DNA from: Podarcis cretensis
Taxonomy: Eukaryota
NCBI GenBank assembly: GCA_951804945.1
Contig: OX638150.1
Coordinates: 31,930,001 to 31,994,000, forward strand
Reading direction: 5' to 3'
DNA length: 64,000 nt
Shown here piece after piece: positions 1-11,879 of this stretch. The notes beneath the pieces are model-generated. The model had not been told where the DNA came from, did not search any database, and saw only the letters and a program-made list of their open reading frames with translations. The first letter of the stretch is position 1, and each line of letters starts with the position of its first letter. Both the position numbers and the translations under genes were made by a program.

Positions 1-129
1 TGACCAGTCCAACGAAGTTGATGTTGAAGAATCCAAAAGTTGGGTGTGTGTGTCCCCCGCCCCGCTTTTCACTAACAGTGAGGGCACAGCTGCCCCTCGA
101 CAACGAACGGAAAGCAAAGCACAGCCGTG

Positions 130-700
130 CATACTCGGAAGAGATTTCTTTCAGGAACCGGCCGCGAGTCCTTTAAAGAAGGAGGAACCCCTATTGCAGC
201 CAGCGAGCGAGCGAGCGAGCGGGAGGCGAAGCGTAAGGCGGGGCGGCCTGAGTGGTGGCCGCGCCCCCTTGCCGGGGCCATTGGGCTGAACTACCTAGGA
301 GGCTGGCTATAGACAAGTGTCGGGGCGCGGGGGGTGAGCCCGGCGGCTGAGGCGCTCGAGGGCCAGCCAGGGGTGGGGTCGGCCGGGGGCTGAAGAGGGG
401 GGACGATGGCGGCAGCTGGCGGCGGCACTTCCGCGGTCTCCGTGCTGGCTCCGAACGGGAGGCGAGTGACGGTGCGAGTAGGCCCAAGCACCGCGCTGCT
501 CCAGGTGGGTCTGGCCCAGGGACGGGGAGGCTGGGCGGATGCAGTCACTCTGATTGGCCCTGGGGCAGGAAAGGGGGGAAAGAGGCTCGTTCTGATTGGA
601 CCAGAGGGCACATAATTGTCAAGGGTTTTTCTCTCGGACCCGGCCGGGCCGGGAAGAGTTTCTTGAGTGGTAGAAACGGAATGGGTTGAACACTGATAAA
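130..700 (+). promoter_or_regulatory. CpG-island promoter / 5' end of ASPSCR1
   Basis: GC- and CpG-rich segment around exon 1 in an otherwise CpG-depleted window. Contains reverse CCAAT boxes (ATTGG ~280, CTGATTGG ~550 and ~592), an ETS-like CGGAAG (~136) and a (GAGC)n repeat (~203-221). No clear TATA box; the TSS cannot be determined. Confidence 0.8.
406..504 (+). CDS. ASPSCR1: ASPSCR1 coding exon 1 (start of UBL1)
   Basis: ATG in ACGATGG context. MAAAGGGTSAVSVLAPNGRRVTVRVGPSTALLQ matches the human TUG N-terminus (SAVSVLAPNGRRHTVKVTPSTVLLQ). Donor CAG|GTGGGT, phase 0. Confidence 0.96.
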
Positions 701-2104
701 AGCCGGTGACGGGCTTTTTCCTCCTCCCTTTATCTCGGTGTCTGAAAGGAAGTTGTGCAATAATGGAAGGACTCCGGCCTCCTGAAATGGGGGAGGATCG
801 TAGATATTTGCCCCTGGTGGGGAAAAGAAATGGCCCCTGACAGCGCAGTCATCTTGGCTGTTGACTTCGAAGTGACGCCTGTCATTCAGCAGGGGCTTAC
901 TCGCTAGTAAATGTGTTTAGGATTGCAACCTGAATGGGGTTATGTCGAGAAATGCATTTTCTGTAGGAGAAAAGAACTGAAAGGAGGGATCTCCTCCTGT
1001 AAAACCTTAGTAGACCCTGCCGGAAAAAAATAGACGCCTTCCGATGTAGGCAGGTGCGAATGAGAGAGTTGAAAGTCCCTTTGAAATGTTAAAAGTATCT
1101 CTTCTAGTCTTATTTAATTTATGGGGGGAAACCAACCCGTAGTCCTGTGGCACCTTAAAGGCTACCAAATGTATTATGGCACATGCTAGTCTTTAAGTTG
1201 CTGCAAGATTCTTTTTTGGGTTTGCCTCTCAGGGAAATGTAATTTATATTTTTTGGGGGTAGATCTTCTATCGCAGTGGTGGGGAACCTCAGGCCTTGGG
1301 GCTGAATGTGGCCTTCCAGACCTCTCTGTCTGTCCCTTGGGACTTTTCCCCAGACCATACTCTTCCCCAGGCCTGTTCTGCACCCTCTTCAGGTGTTTGT
1401 GTCTGGCTGGCATGTGCCCTTAATATGATCATGTCTCTTATTTAACTGGATGGAGAACAGAGAATGGTGTCTGTAGAAACTACCCTACCATATAAAGGTA
1501 ATATTTACATTCACTACTCTGCCTCCTTTTAACCCAGCCCACCACTGGCATGTGGATCTATAACTTTAAAAAGGTTTTCCACTCTCACTCTATCAGACTT
1601 CATCAGAGGTTTTCTTTTTTTATCGGACCACAAAGATTTTGATTTAAGCTTCTTTCATGTAAGTTCTTTTTTCTTTTGTTTCCCAACCTGCATGTTCAGT
1701 GGTCCATAAATGAGTATTCCATAAGGTTTCCTTGCACTTATTCATGTAAATAATTATCCTCTATAAAATCCCACAAGGATCAATGGGGTACCTAAAAACA
1801 ACCAGTCAATTTAGCCTTCATTATGAAAAATTAGTCCTCAAATTAATGTAATGTTGAGGGAGATTGCTACTTTCTGTCAGAAATGTATCATGTTAACATC
1901 CTGGAATAGTTTGCAGTGTTACCCCAGAATAAATGTAATTTTCCTCTGATTGTACTCTCACATTTGGCCTAAATTCTCTTGCCGGGCTGTGGGGGAGAAT
2001 CTTCCTCTCATGCAGGTGGAATTGTTAATGTAAGTTAGAATGACAACTTGACCCATAAGCATGAGTTGAGAAGGGGGGTGGGGGAAGGATGCTGACTGAA
2101 GTGA

Positions 2105-2248
2105 ATGATAGCTCACCTGTTAGAGCATGAGACTCTTCATCTCGGGGTCATGAGTTGAGCCCCATTTGGGGCAAAAGTTTCCTGCATTGCAGGAGGGGGT
2201 GGACTAGATGACCCTCATGGTACCTTCCAACTCTATAATTCTATGACT
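2105..2248 (+). mobile_element. Decayed tRNA(Lys-like)-headed SINE with CR1-type 3' tail
   Basis: ATAGCTCA...TAGAGCATGAGACTCTT...GAGTTGAGCCCCA head, followed by GGACTAGATGACCCTC...CCTTCCAACTCTATAATTCTATGA, which is typical of CR1 3' ends. Confidence 0.7.
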
Positions 2249-2329
2249 AATCTGCACTGAGTATGTTATGGGACAGAATGGGAGAACTCTCTATTTTATA
2301 TTAACATCTTGCCTTTTTTCTTTTTTAAG

Positions 2330-2385
2330 ATTCTGGAAGAGGTTTGTAGAAAGCAGAATTTCAGTCCCAATGAATATGATTTGAA
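2330..2385 (+). CDS. ASPSCR1: ASPSCR1 exon 2
   Basis: Polypyrimidine tract and AG acceptor. ILEEVCRKQNFSPNEYDL(K) vs human VLEDTCRRQDFNPCEYDLK. Donor GTGAGT. 56 nt. Confidence 0.96.
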
Positions 2386-2639
2386 GTGAGTCTTACTGTT
2401 TTTTCCATACCTTTATAGCTTGACAGTTTGCTGTTTCTTTGCCGTTAATTTGGGGGACGGGTGGGAGAGAAGTGTAATATGGAGCCCACAATGGCCGTCC
2501 AGAACTATTCGCTTTTGAAGGCTGTGATCCCAAATTTGACATGTCTAGCAGAGTGTTCCTTGGCCAAGATCAAACTTTCATCTTAATTGGTCAGATGTAG
2601 TACCAGTTCTCATGCACCTGCAGCTGGCTGTTGAAAACA

Positions 2640-2890
2640 GAAGAAGAAGAAGAAGAGTTTGGATTTGATATCCCGCCTTTCACTCCCTTTAAGGAGTCTC
2701 AAAGCGGCTAACATTCTCCTTTCCCTTCCTCCCCCACAACAAACACTCTGTGAGGTGAGTGGGGCTGAGAGACTTCAAAGAAGTGTGACTGGCCCAAGGG
2801 CACCCAGCAGGTGCATGTGGAGGAGCAGAGACGTGAACCCGGTTCCCCAGATTAGGAGTCTACCGCTCTTAACCACTACACCACACTGGC
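2640..2890 (-). mobile_element. tRNA-derived SINE, Squam3-like
   Basis: The reverse complement starts GCCAGTGTGGTGTAGTGGTTAAGAGCGG (A box), has a B-box-like GGTTCAC and a MIR/CORE-like body, and ends in a (CTT)n tail. Near-identical to 25500-25741. Confidence 0.85.
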
Positions 2891-3914
2891 CACAGGATGC
2901 TGGGCTAGATAGACCCACTTCCCTGATGTGAAAACACAGTCACTAGTTCATTCAGAATGGAGATGGGGAACGGATGGACCGCCAGATGTTGTTGGACTCT
3001 GCCTCTCATCAGCACCAACTAGCATGACCAGCGGTTAGGGATGATGGGCGTTACACTTCAGCAACCTCTAAATGGCCACAGGTTCTCCCTCCCTGTTTTA
3101 GCAATAATATATCTTAATTCCATGCATACTCACCAACTTCTCTAGGGATTTATAGCCCCAAATTCCAAGTATTTTGGCATAATCGGTCTATGAAATAGGC
3201 ATGTATTAATATCATTATTAATATTTCTTAGATGCCTTTCTCAGAGAACTCAAGGTGACTAACAAGAATACTAAAATATTTACAGTGCAAAATAAAACAT
3301 TGAAATCCAATAATTTATCTGTATAATACTAAAACCATACCACCCCACGAAAATTAACAAAATCTGGCAACAATATAATCAATAATTACAGGTGAATCAG
3401 AAAATGATTAATAAGAGCCCAGATTTCAAATTTAGTTTTTTAAAAAAAAGTGTTTCTCAAGTAAAAATAATAATCCCCACAGTAGATTCCCTTTCATAGT
3501 TAGGGCAAGAAGCATCCCATTCTGGTTGGTGCAGGTGATGTTAAGAGGCATGGCAGTCTAAAGGAATATTAAGTTCCAAACTAAATATTCAGTTGCTAAA
3601 TGGATGCTGGTAAGGCAAAAGGCTCTCTGTGCCTTTGTCACTTCATCAGTTATACTGTAATCCAGCAGTTTCAGCAAGCTTTGATACATGTGAAACCTTT
3701 GATGATAAATGCTATCACTGCTATGAGAAGATTGTTCATTCCTCCATGTTTTGGGAAGTACGGTAAATGTAGCTGCAGGTAGACCTGCTGTTAATGGTGT
3801 TGCTAGGGTTGTGTTTTCCTGCAGTTGAGTCACTGAGACAGTTAATACCCTTGTTATTGCAAGATCTCCTGCAATGCTTTTGTAAAGTTTTTTGCAGATA
3901 AAGTCGCTCAGATT

Positions 3915-4430
3915 CAGAAGAGGTAGACTCCGCCGTGGGAGTCAGGCCAGGGTGGGAGAGTGCTAGAGTCCTGTCTAGTCATGTTACATGGGATCAATTC
4001 CAATCTGTTACCTCCAAGGATTGCTTGGACGAGTGAAACCGACCACCTTTCTCCTTGATCCTTGCCCATCCTGGCTAATAAAAGTGAGCCGGGAAGGGCT
4101 GGGCGATGGGCTCTGTGGGGTGATGAATGCTTCCCTCTGTGAGGGAGTCTTCCCAGACCCACTGAAAGAGGTGGTCATTAAACCGCTTCTTAAAAACAAC
4201 AACTTTAGACCCGGCCAATATGGCCAACTATTGCCCCGTCTCAAATCTACCATTCTTGGGCAAGGCGGTTGAGCGGGTGGTTGCTGAACAACTCCAAGCA
4301 CGCCTGGAGGATGCGAACCATTTAGATCCCTTCCAATCGGGATCCAAGCCTCACCATGAGACTGAAACTGCCTTGGTCGCGTTGGTTGATGATCTCTGGG
4401 GAGGGATATAAATAATAAATTGTTGTTGTT
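3915..4430 (+). mobile_element. L2-clade LINE ORF2 (RT N-terminal) fragment, frameshifted
   Basis: Peptides PTTFLLDPCPSWL, FPDPLKEVVIKPLLK, ANYCPVSNLPFLGKAVERVVAEQL and LDPFQSGSKPHHETETALVALVDDL are canonical L2/CR1-group RT motifs. Confidence 0.88.
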
Positions 4431-4747
4431 GTTTTTGAAGCTGCAGCTATGGAGAGCCAAAGGCATTTACGTACCTGGGGTGGAAAATGGAAATGGCGTT
4501 GCCTTCACTTGAACTAGTTCACAGGTCTAGAGAAAGCCATCTTGTGCATAACGAATGGATATGAATGGGAGCTATTCCAGATCCTGCTCATTTTAATGGG
4601 GCTCATGCAGGAACTGTCCTGGTGGATTGTGCCTTATGGTTTTAACCTGTATGCCTCCTACTCTGCTGTCCTTTGGAACACTAAACATCTGCTGCCCACA
4701 GATGCCATCTCACTTTGCCTATGATAGCTGCGATGCAGAGTTAATTG

Positions 4748-4860
4748 TTGTGCTGCTATTTCATACAGGCCTCTAACAAAGGATTCCACTGACTCCCCAG
4801 GTCTCTGAACACTCTGGTGGAAACAGCCCCTCTCATAACTGACATCACACGGCACTATGT
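4748..4860 (-). mobile_element. Ty3/Gypsy LTR retrotransposon gag relic
   Basis: VSYERGCFHQSVQRPGESVESFVRGLYEIAAQ resembles the Gypsy gag motif YERxxFxxRxQxxGESVxxFxxxLxxLA. Confidence 0.65.
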
Positions 4861-5189
4861 GCAACTGGATCAGGCTGCTGTTCTAGACTATTCTTTTTAC
4901 AACAAGCTGTTCCTCTATTAAGCAGCTGTTTGGGCCTGGGCCCCTCTCTGAAAATAAAAACACTGACAGTAGCGTTGCCTCTGCTTGTCACATGTATTTC
5001 AGCTCTTTCCAAATAGCAACTCCTGCAGCTTTTTTTCTATTTTCTATCCAAAAGTTTTCCTGATATGAAAATGCTTGCACCTCTTTCCATTGCTTTACTC
5101 TACAGCTTCTAAGAGTGTGGCCCTTTGTATGCATATTCATAGTTTGTTGAGAGTTGGGTGGCTCCTGTTGTTCCTAGTCTTCAAACAAA

Positions 5190-5559
5190 AACATCCTGAA
5201 GGTCCCAGGCCACAGAGAGGTTAGACTGGCCTCAACTAGAGCCAGGGCTTTTTCGGCTGTGGCTCCAATCTGGTGGAACGCTCTGTCACAAGAGACTAGG
5301 GCCCTGCGGGACTTGACATCTTTCCGCAGGGCCTGCAAGACAGAGCTGTTCCACCAGGCCTTTGGTCAGGGCACAGCCTGACTCCCTCCTTTGGCAATCT
5401 TCACAGAACTGTAGTCTAATGGTTGCCATCAATTTGAGTTGAATTAATTTTATAATGAAATGATTTTAGAATGTTGTACTATTTTATTGTAGTTAGCCGC
5501 CCTGAGCCCGGCTTCGGCTGGGGAGGGCGGGCTATAAATAATAATAATTATTATTATTA
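5190..5559 (+). mobile_element. L2-clade LINE 3' end
   Basis: Encodes ...RARAFSAVAPIWWNAL...FRRACKTELFHQAF, followed by the 3' stem-loop GCCGCCCTGAGCCC...GGGAGGGCGGG and an (AAT/TAT)n tail. Confidence 0.85.
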
Positions 5560-6728
5560 CTAACCTGTGTTAAATGAAGCAAGGGAGAGGGGGAAGTAAG
5601 TAGCTGACCTAATATTGTTGGCTTGAATCCAGGGGAGCATAGGGGTGAATGTCATGCAGTGGAGCTTTCCAGCCTCTACCTTCCAGCCACAGTCCTTGTG
5701 CCCTCTGAAAAGCAGCCCCTGCAGGTCAGAAAGCCTTCTAGAATGACATGGGATATGGCAAGTGCAGAGATGCTGCTGGAGAGGGATGTTAGTGGATATT
5801 GGAACCACCAATTGCACAAGTATAAATACCTCTGGATTCAAGCTATTGTTTCTGTGAGCATCAGTAACTAGTACTAATTGTTCCATGATATTCTGATTAT
5901 GTTGGGGATATCTATGTGGAACCTAAAATCATGGTTGCACAAATCTACATGTTCTGGTTAGTACGCTATAAAATGTGGCAACAGAAAATAATATTTTAGG
6001 AGTACCTTTCAAGCATTACTGTGGTGCTGGGGAATTGCTTTTCTGTGGGTCCATCTCACAGCATTGTGGTAACATTTAAAGGCCCATAACCACATGAATG
6101 GTGCAAATTGTATAAATCCTTGTTGCCTAACCATGGCTAGGGAATGATGATATCATGCTAAGGACCTGTGTGGTTACCACCCATGTGGTTTGGGGCCTTT
6201 AAATGTTACCATAGTGCTGTGGGAAAAACCAGGGGAAAATGTCTCACATGTACTGTAGTAACTTAATTTAATTTAAGGAAGATTGTCGGGGGGGGTAGAT
6301 TTAGAGATCACCTGTTTGGGGTAATTAATAAAGGACTTGGCTGGATCCTTAGATCCAGAGTGCAGGCTGAACACATTCTCCAGTAGTAAGAGAGCCCCAG
6401 CAGAGTTTAAAAATCACAAAATGTTTAGCAACAGTGAAGCATTAGGAATAAAGGCTGTTAGACCCTTTTAATATCCAGTCTAGTATGCTTACAGTGCTTC
6501 TCCATTTATCCCCCTCTTGTAGTGATCAGACCACACTGTTCTGTAGGTTTTAATGGATTTTACTTACAATTCCCAAATGTCAGATTTATGTGTTATTCCA
6601 TGCAGCAGCCAGAAGAACACAAGTAGAAATTATCGGGTTACAAAATACGGGGGTGGGGGGGAATCACTGATAAGTAGTCTGAATTAGTCTCAGGGCAAAA
6701 GGATATCATTAGACTGTTTCTTTTGCAG

Positions 6729-6843
6729 GTTTCAGAGGACTGTGCTGGATCTCTCTGTTCAATGGAGATTTGCCAACCTACCCAACAACGCCAAACTAGA
6801 GATGGTGCCAGTCTCTCGTAATAGAGCAGGAATTGAAACTACG
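6729..6843 (+). CDS. ASPSCR1: ASPSCR1 exon 3
   Basis: TTTTGCAG acceptor. FQRTVLDLSVQWRFANLPNNAKLEMVPVSRNRAGIETT. Donor GTAGGA. 115 nt. Confidence 0.97.
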
Positions 6844-7266
6844 GTAGGATCTTTTCACTTTATAACACACTTCTAGCTCACATTCCAGCCGTGATCGTGG
6901 CAGGGTTTTGTCAGAGGGACGATGATAAGATATCCCCCTTCACAGGATTCTCAGCTTCCTTATGAACCTATATATGTTGCTTTGTTTTTAAAGCAAAATC
7001 TCAAGGCAAAGTGGAGGAACCTGTGAGCCTCCAGATGCTGCTGGATTCCATCTAAGGCTTTTTGTACAAGATAAAGACAGGCATGATAAAGAAATCCCTC
7101 AGTTTCTCTAGGTACTGTACTGTAAGTTGCCTCTCATTCACTGTCAACCTCTTCACCTTCTTTCTGTCAACTCATTTATAATCTTAAATGGAGTTGATAA
7201 AAGAAAGAGTGAGAGATGGCATAGTAGTAGTAGGACTTCAGTCCTTTTTAGAAAGCATATCATACA

Positions 7267-7492
7267 CAGTGGTACCTCAGGTTAAGAACTTAATTAGTTC
7301 TGGAGGTCCGTTCTTAACCTGAAACTGTTCTTAACCTGAAGTACCACTTTAGCTAATGGGGCCTCCCGCTGCTGCTGCGCCGCCCGAGCACGATTTCTGT
7401 TCTCATCCTGAAGCAAAGTTCTTAACCCGAGGTACTATTTCACGGTTAGCGGAGTCTGTAACCTGAAGCATCTGTAACCCGAGGTGCCACTG
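7267..7492. mobile_element. Tc1/mariner (pogo/Tigger-like) MITE, family A copy 1
   Basis: TIRs CAGTGGTACCTC / GAGGTGCCACTG. TA on the right flank, CA on the left. Highly similar to 10342-10567. Confidence 0.85.
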
Positions 7493-10341
7493 TATTTCTC
7501 TGTAATTTTATTTTTAAAACTCATGTTCTTTGGTAATTACTGTCTGACATAAGGCTTAGTCTGACCTGAATAAAGTTGCCAAAAGAGAAAGGGTTTGGCT
7601 TTCCTTGTCTGGGATATACTATATTGTACTGCGGTTCTTATCAGTTTTGTAAATGAAATTGGATCTCCTAAATGGTTCTAAATGGTTGTCCTGGCTAATA
7701 TTGCCATTAGATGCTGTGTGCCACTTAGATTTTCACGTATCAGTAATAAAAGTGTTGGAAGAGTGATGAAAAAAATGGGAGAATGCACAGAAATTGGTTT
7801 GAAAAGGGCATTATTATTGCTTTAAAAGCATAGATTAAGCTTTGCTATGACATGGTGATATATGTTTGACTTACAATGCAGTCCAATGTGTATTTACCCC
7901 CAAATAAATCCCATGGTATTCACTGGGGCTTAATTCTAGCTAAGTGTGAAACCCAAACAATATACTTTTTCAGGGATAGCAGTTCTGCTCTTAAAATCCC
8001 TAAAAGAAGGAAGTTATTTACCAAGGCCAACTATATTTTCTTTAAAAAAGAAGAAGCCCTAAAGACTTACAGAAATTGTATATACAACAATGAACAAATG
8101 AAGAACCAAGGCAAATCCTTTTCAGTGGAAATTTGCTGGAGCACACTAAACCAATTAAAGAATCATCAATTTATGGTCAGTTAGCCAACAACTTTTCATA
8201 AAATTAATTGGCTGAGAATGCAATGGAGAGAAATTGTATTTGTACTGGCAACGTGAGTCAGTTAAGCTCTTGATGAAGAAGTATTTGGAAGGCTCAGCTT
8301 TCTTCTCTAGGTAAATATCAAATGTTCTCTCTACTCTCGCCATGATGTTTGGAAATCACACCAACAGGATGGGACAGATGGATTAAATTTACTCCACTTG
8401 GCCCAGCACTGTGATGGTTGTGGGCATGGTAGGTGGGTGAGGAAGCCACTCACCTGTTAGGATCTTGACAGACTCATACCCTGGAGAGACCTCTTCAGAG
8501 GAAGAGATTTGGGGGTTGCATGCAGCACCCTGTTCCCACCGAATACTTAAAGAAACCCATACCAGTCCCAAGGCAACCAGAAGAGCCCCATCTCAACGAT
8601 GCCTCCTTTGCTTCCCCTTCAACCCTATCCACCTTGATCTGCAGTTCTTCCCCATCATCCCCTGGGCCACAGGAGGAAAGGTGGTGGGAGAGCAGGTGGG
8701 AAGGCCTAACTTGCAAGGTAATCTTCTTGCCTTCCAGACAGCTCTGTTGGCAGGGTTCTACATGGGAGGAGTGGGGAGAAGACCCAACTGCAGGCTGTGA
8801 CCCAGAAGAGGACCAGGGAGAGATGGGGACTATGTACGTCCCTCAGACTCCTCTGGACCTTTGCTGGGTAAAGAGCTCCCTTCAGAGCTCCTCCGTGCTC
8901 CAGTTTCTGTGTTCCACCTCCTAGCTCCAGACTCCTCATTCCTTCGGCCTCCACACTGGTTCTAGTTGCAGACATTACCTTGGAACAGCACTTCTTCTTC
9001 CTCTTGTGAGACACCATTGCTAGAAGCCTTTGGAGGTTGGAGCATCCGTTCTTGTTTCCTGAGCCTAAGGCCTTCCAGCAATTGTACTGTGCCAGAGGGA
9101 GAAGAGGATCTTCTCAAATTAAGAAGTAGTGCTTGGTTTTGGTAAAGGGCTGGCAAGCTGCTAACAGTGGTTTTGCGGGCTGCATTGAGTCATTGGGCTG
9201 TGGATTTGTAACCTGTATTTTATGTTGTAGCGTTGGAAAGTTATCCCCCTTACCTAAGGGTTGTGGGCTTCAGACTTGGTAGTGTAGCTTTAGAACATCT
9301 GACGTCTGATTTTTTAGCTCTTGAAAAAATTATCAGATACATATTGTAATTAAAAAGAAATAACTCCCTCAGGAAACTACTCAGTACTAGCAACTGAAGG
9401 ATAGAACTAATTTAACAAAGCATATTATTTATTTATATTTACTTTTAGAGTGGAATGAATGGAACTAGATAGGGAAAATATATGGGGATTGATGTTTGTA
9501 TATTTCAGAAATGTAAATGAATTCTCTGTGTATATCCTTTAAATGAATCCAGTGTCTAGCCTCCAGTAGTCAGTTGTTGAACTTAAGGAAGATATTGACT
9601 AAAACCACACATACATTTTTAGGTGGAGTGTTCAGGGGAAACTACTTCAAAAATAAGATATGTAATCCCAGAAACAGATTTAATTATTGACTTGGATATA
9701 AATAGTTAATCAACAGTTTAGTCCAGTTAATCCTAAATTATTAATTACAAAAGGAACATGTTTAATTAATATAAAAATATTGCTATTAAGACTCATTACT
9801 AATCCTTTATCAATAATTCATGGAGTTAGATTTTATCTGTTGGAAGTATTGAAATTGTTATCTGCTGCATTAAACCGAAAAGGGAGACAGGTCATGACTA
9901 AATAACTAGTTGCAGAAATCAAGATTTATCAGTTGAGTTAGTAACAAGGCTAAGCAATGCCTAATTCTGTTAATTCCAAACTATTACTATAAGGAATGTG
10001 ACTCAGTTCATTAGAAGTGGTTTGTTAAAGTCTGTGAAAGAGCTTCTTGAACCGAAACTGACAATTCCAGAGGGCAGAGACAACCAGTGGGGGAGATGGG
10101 CAAGGAGTGGCGTCTTTTTTTTTTTATGTGAGACTTAGGGCATTTTTTGGTTGAAGAATGGGATTTTAACGTGCTTTAAATAAATAAGCCCCTTGTGCCG
10201 ACTCTTGGTTTGTTATGCTGTCATTATAAACCTTGACTGCTTTGTTGTCTGCAACTCCGGAAACCTTGTTGGGCTCCAGTTCCCATCAGCTTCAGTCGGC
10301 ATAGCAAATAGGGATGCTGGGAATTCTAGTTAAACTGTATA

Positions 10342-10567
10342 CAGTGATACCTCAGGTTAAGTACTTAATTCGTTCTGGAGGTCCATTCTTAACCTGAAAC
10401 TGTTCTTAACCTGAAGCACCACTTTAGTCAATGGGGCCTCCTGCTGCCGCGGCGCCGCCGCTGCATGATTTCTGTTCTCATCCTGAAGCAAAGTTCTTAA
10501 CCCGAGGTAATATTTCTGGGTTAGCGGAGTCTGTAACCTGAAGCGTATTTAACCTGAGGTACCACTG
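10342..10567. mobile_element. Tc1/mariner (pogo/Tigger-like) MITE, family A copy 2
   Basis: TIRs CAGTGATACCTCAGGTTAA / TTAACCTGAGGTACCACTG with TA target-site duplication (TSD). Confidence 0.88.
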
Positions 10568-11610
10568 TATGTCATTAAACTACCTTAACTTGAAAATTGG
10601 ACACCTCAAAGGATGACCTTAAATTGTGTTGGCTGGCAATGGCCTGGGCGTGCCACATTAAACCATAGTTTAAAATGAGGAACCTGAGGAACCTTTGAGC
10701 CTCCAGATATTGTCCAGCTTACATCAACTCCAGCCAGCAAGGTCAATGGTGATAGATGATGGGAGTTGGATTTCAATGATATCTGGAGCGCCCAAGGTTC
10801 CCCAGCCCTGGTTTTGGGTCAACCTGTTGGGATTTGCTGCTTAAAAGCTTCTCTGGGATACTTCTTTCCCTGCTTCTGCTGCACTGTTGTGTCATCTGAA
10901 CCTCAGCTTCTGGTTTGTTTCTCTCCAAACAAGCCATGAGCGATAACCAAGGCTTATTCTTGGTTTCCCACTGATAGTTTGGGGGAATTAGGAGCCAGAA
11001 TTCAGATGATACGACATGTTCGGCTGTGACATATTTATTATATCGTGTGGCAACAGTGGGAAAATACAGGAATCTCAGCTAATTCTTGTCCCATTAAACT
11101 ATAGATAGCTGAAAACTGTGGCTAAATGTGAGCTACGAATTGAGGCAATATATATATTTAACGAACTGAGTATACTGCTTTATTGTAAGCAAATCTCCAA
11201 GCAGTTTATGAAAATCTGTTATTTCGCATTTGGTTTTGTTGGTTGGTTGGTTGCAAGGACCATAATATCGCATTCCAAAAGAGTTTTTAAATGGCTTTAT
11301 AATTTCTTCAATTACTTCTGCTAAATAATAATACCCTTTTAAAATGTGGGGTTTTTTTGGGGGGGTGGGGGGTTTATTGGGTTGTTGCTTTTATTATGAT
11401 TATATATTTTGTGGTTTTATATTTTGATTTTGTTCCGTGAACCATCCTGAGACCTCTGGGTATAGTGCTGTATAGAGATTCAATAAATAAATAAAAATAA
11501 AGATGTCTTCCTCTGCGGCTGTGATACTAGGTGAAGTTATTTGTATATTATTTAATTTCTGAGACTCCCCTACTACTGGAAAATAGTCTCAAGGTGAGTT
11601 ACAACATATA

Positions 11611-11879
11611 CTGTATTGGCCTGAATATAAGCTGCAACCGAATATAAGCCTCACCTTTAAAATTCACAGGGAAAAAGAAAAAAAGTCAATACCCGAATAT
11701 AAGCTGCTCCCTTAAAATTACGCAGGCACTGACACCCGTTCCATTTTACCGTATGTCTGTTTCACCAGCAATATCGTAAAAAAACCAATTTTTGTAAGGT
11801 CGCAAATTTAAGTCGCACTTTAACTTTTCACGGTCGGAATTTCTAAAAAGAGGTGCGGCTTATATTCAGGCCAATACTG
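11611..11879. mobile_element. Tc1/mariner-type MITE
   Basis: ~26-bp TIRs CTGTATTGGCCTGAATATAAGCTGCA / TGCGGCTTATATTCAGGCCAATACTG, flanked by TA. Confidence 0.85.

Noticed and set aside
44-760. Several overlapping GC-rich ORFs around the promoter
   Set aside because: Expected from stop-codon scarcity in a CpG island. Only 406-504 matches a known protein.
1570-1610. CTGATGA...GAAA on the - strand as a hammerhead
   Set aside because: No stem II pairing and no stem I/III arrangement.
2105-2170. tRNA-like sequences here and in other SINE heads
   Set aside because: Degenerate cloverleaf, fused to LINE-derived tails. These are SINEs, not tRNA genes.
8455-9166. TGTTAG...CTAACA as a solo LTR, and ORF 8520-8924 starting MQHPVP (as in foamy virus Env)
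   Set aside because: The flanks CACC and GTGG are not a TSD. The 6-aa match does not extend and is likely chance.
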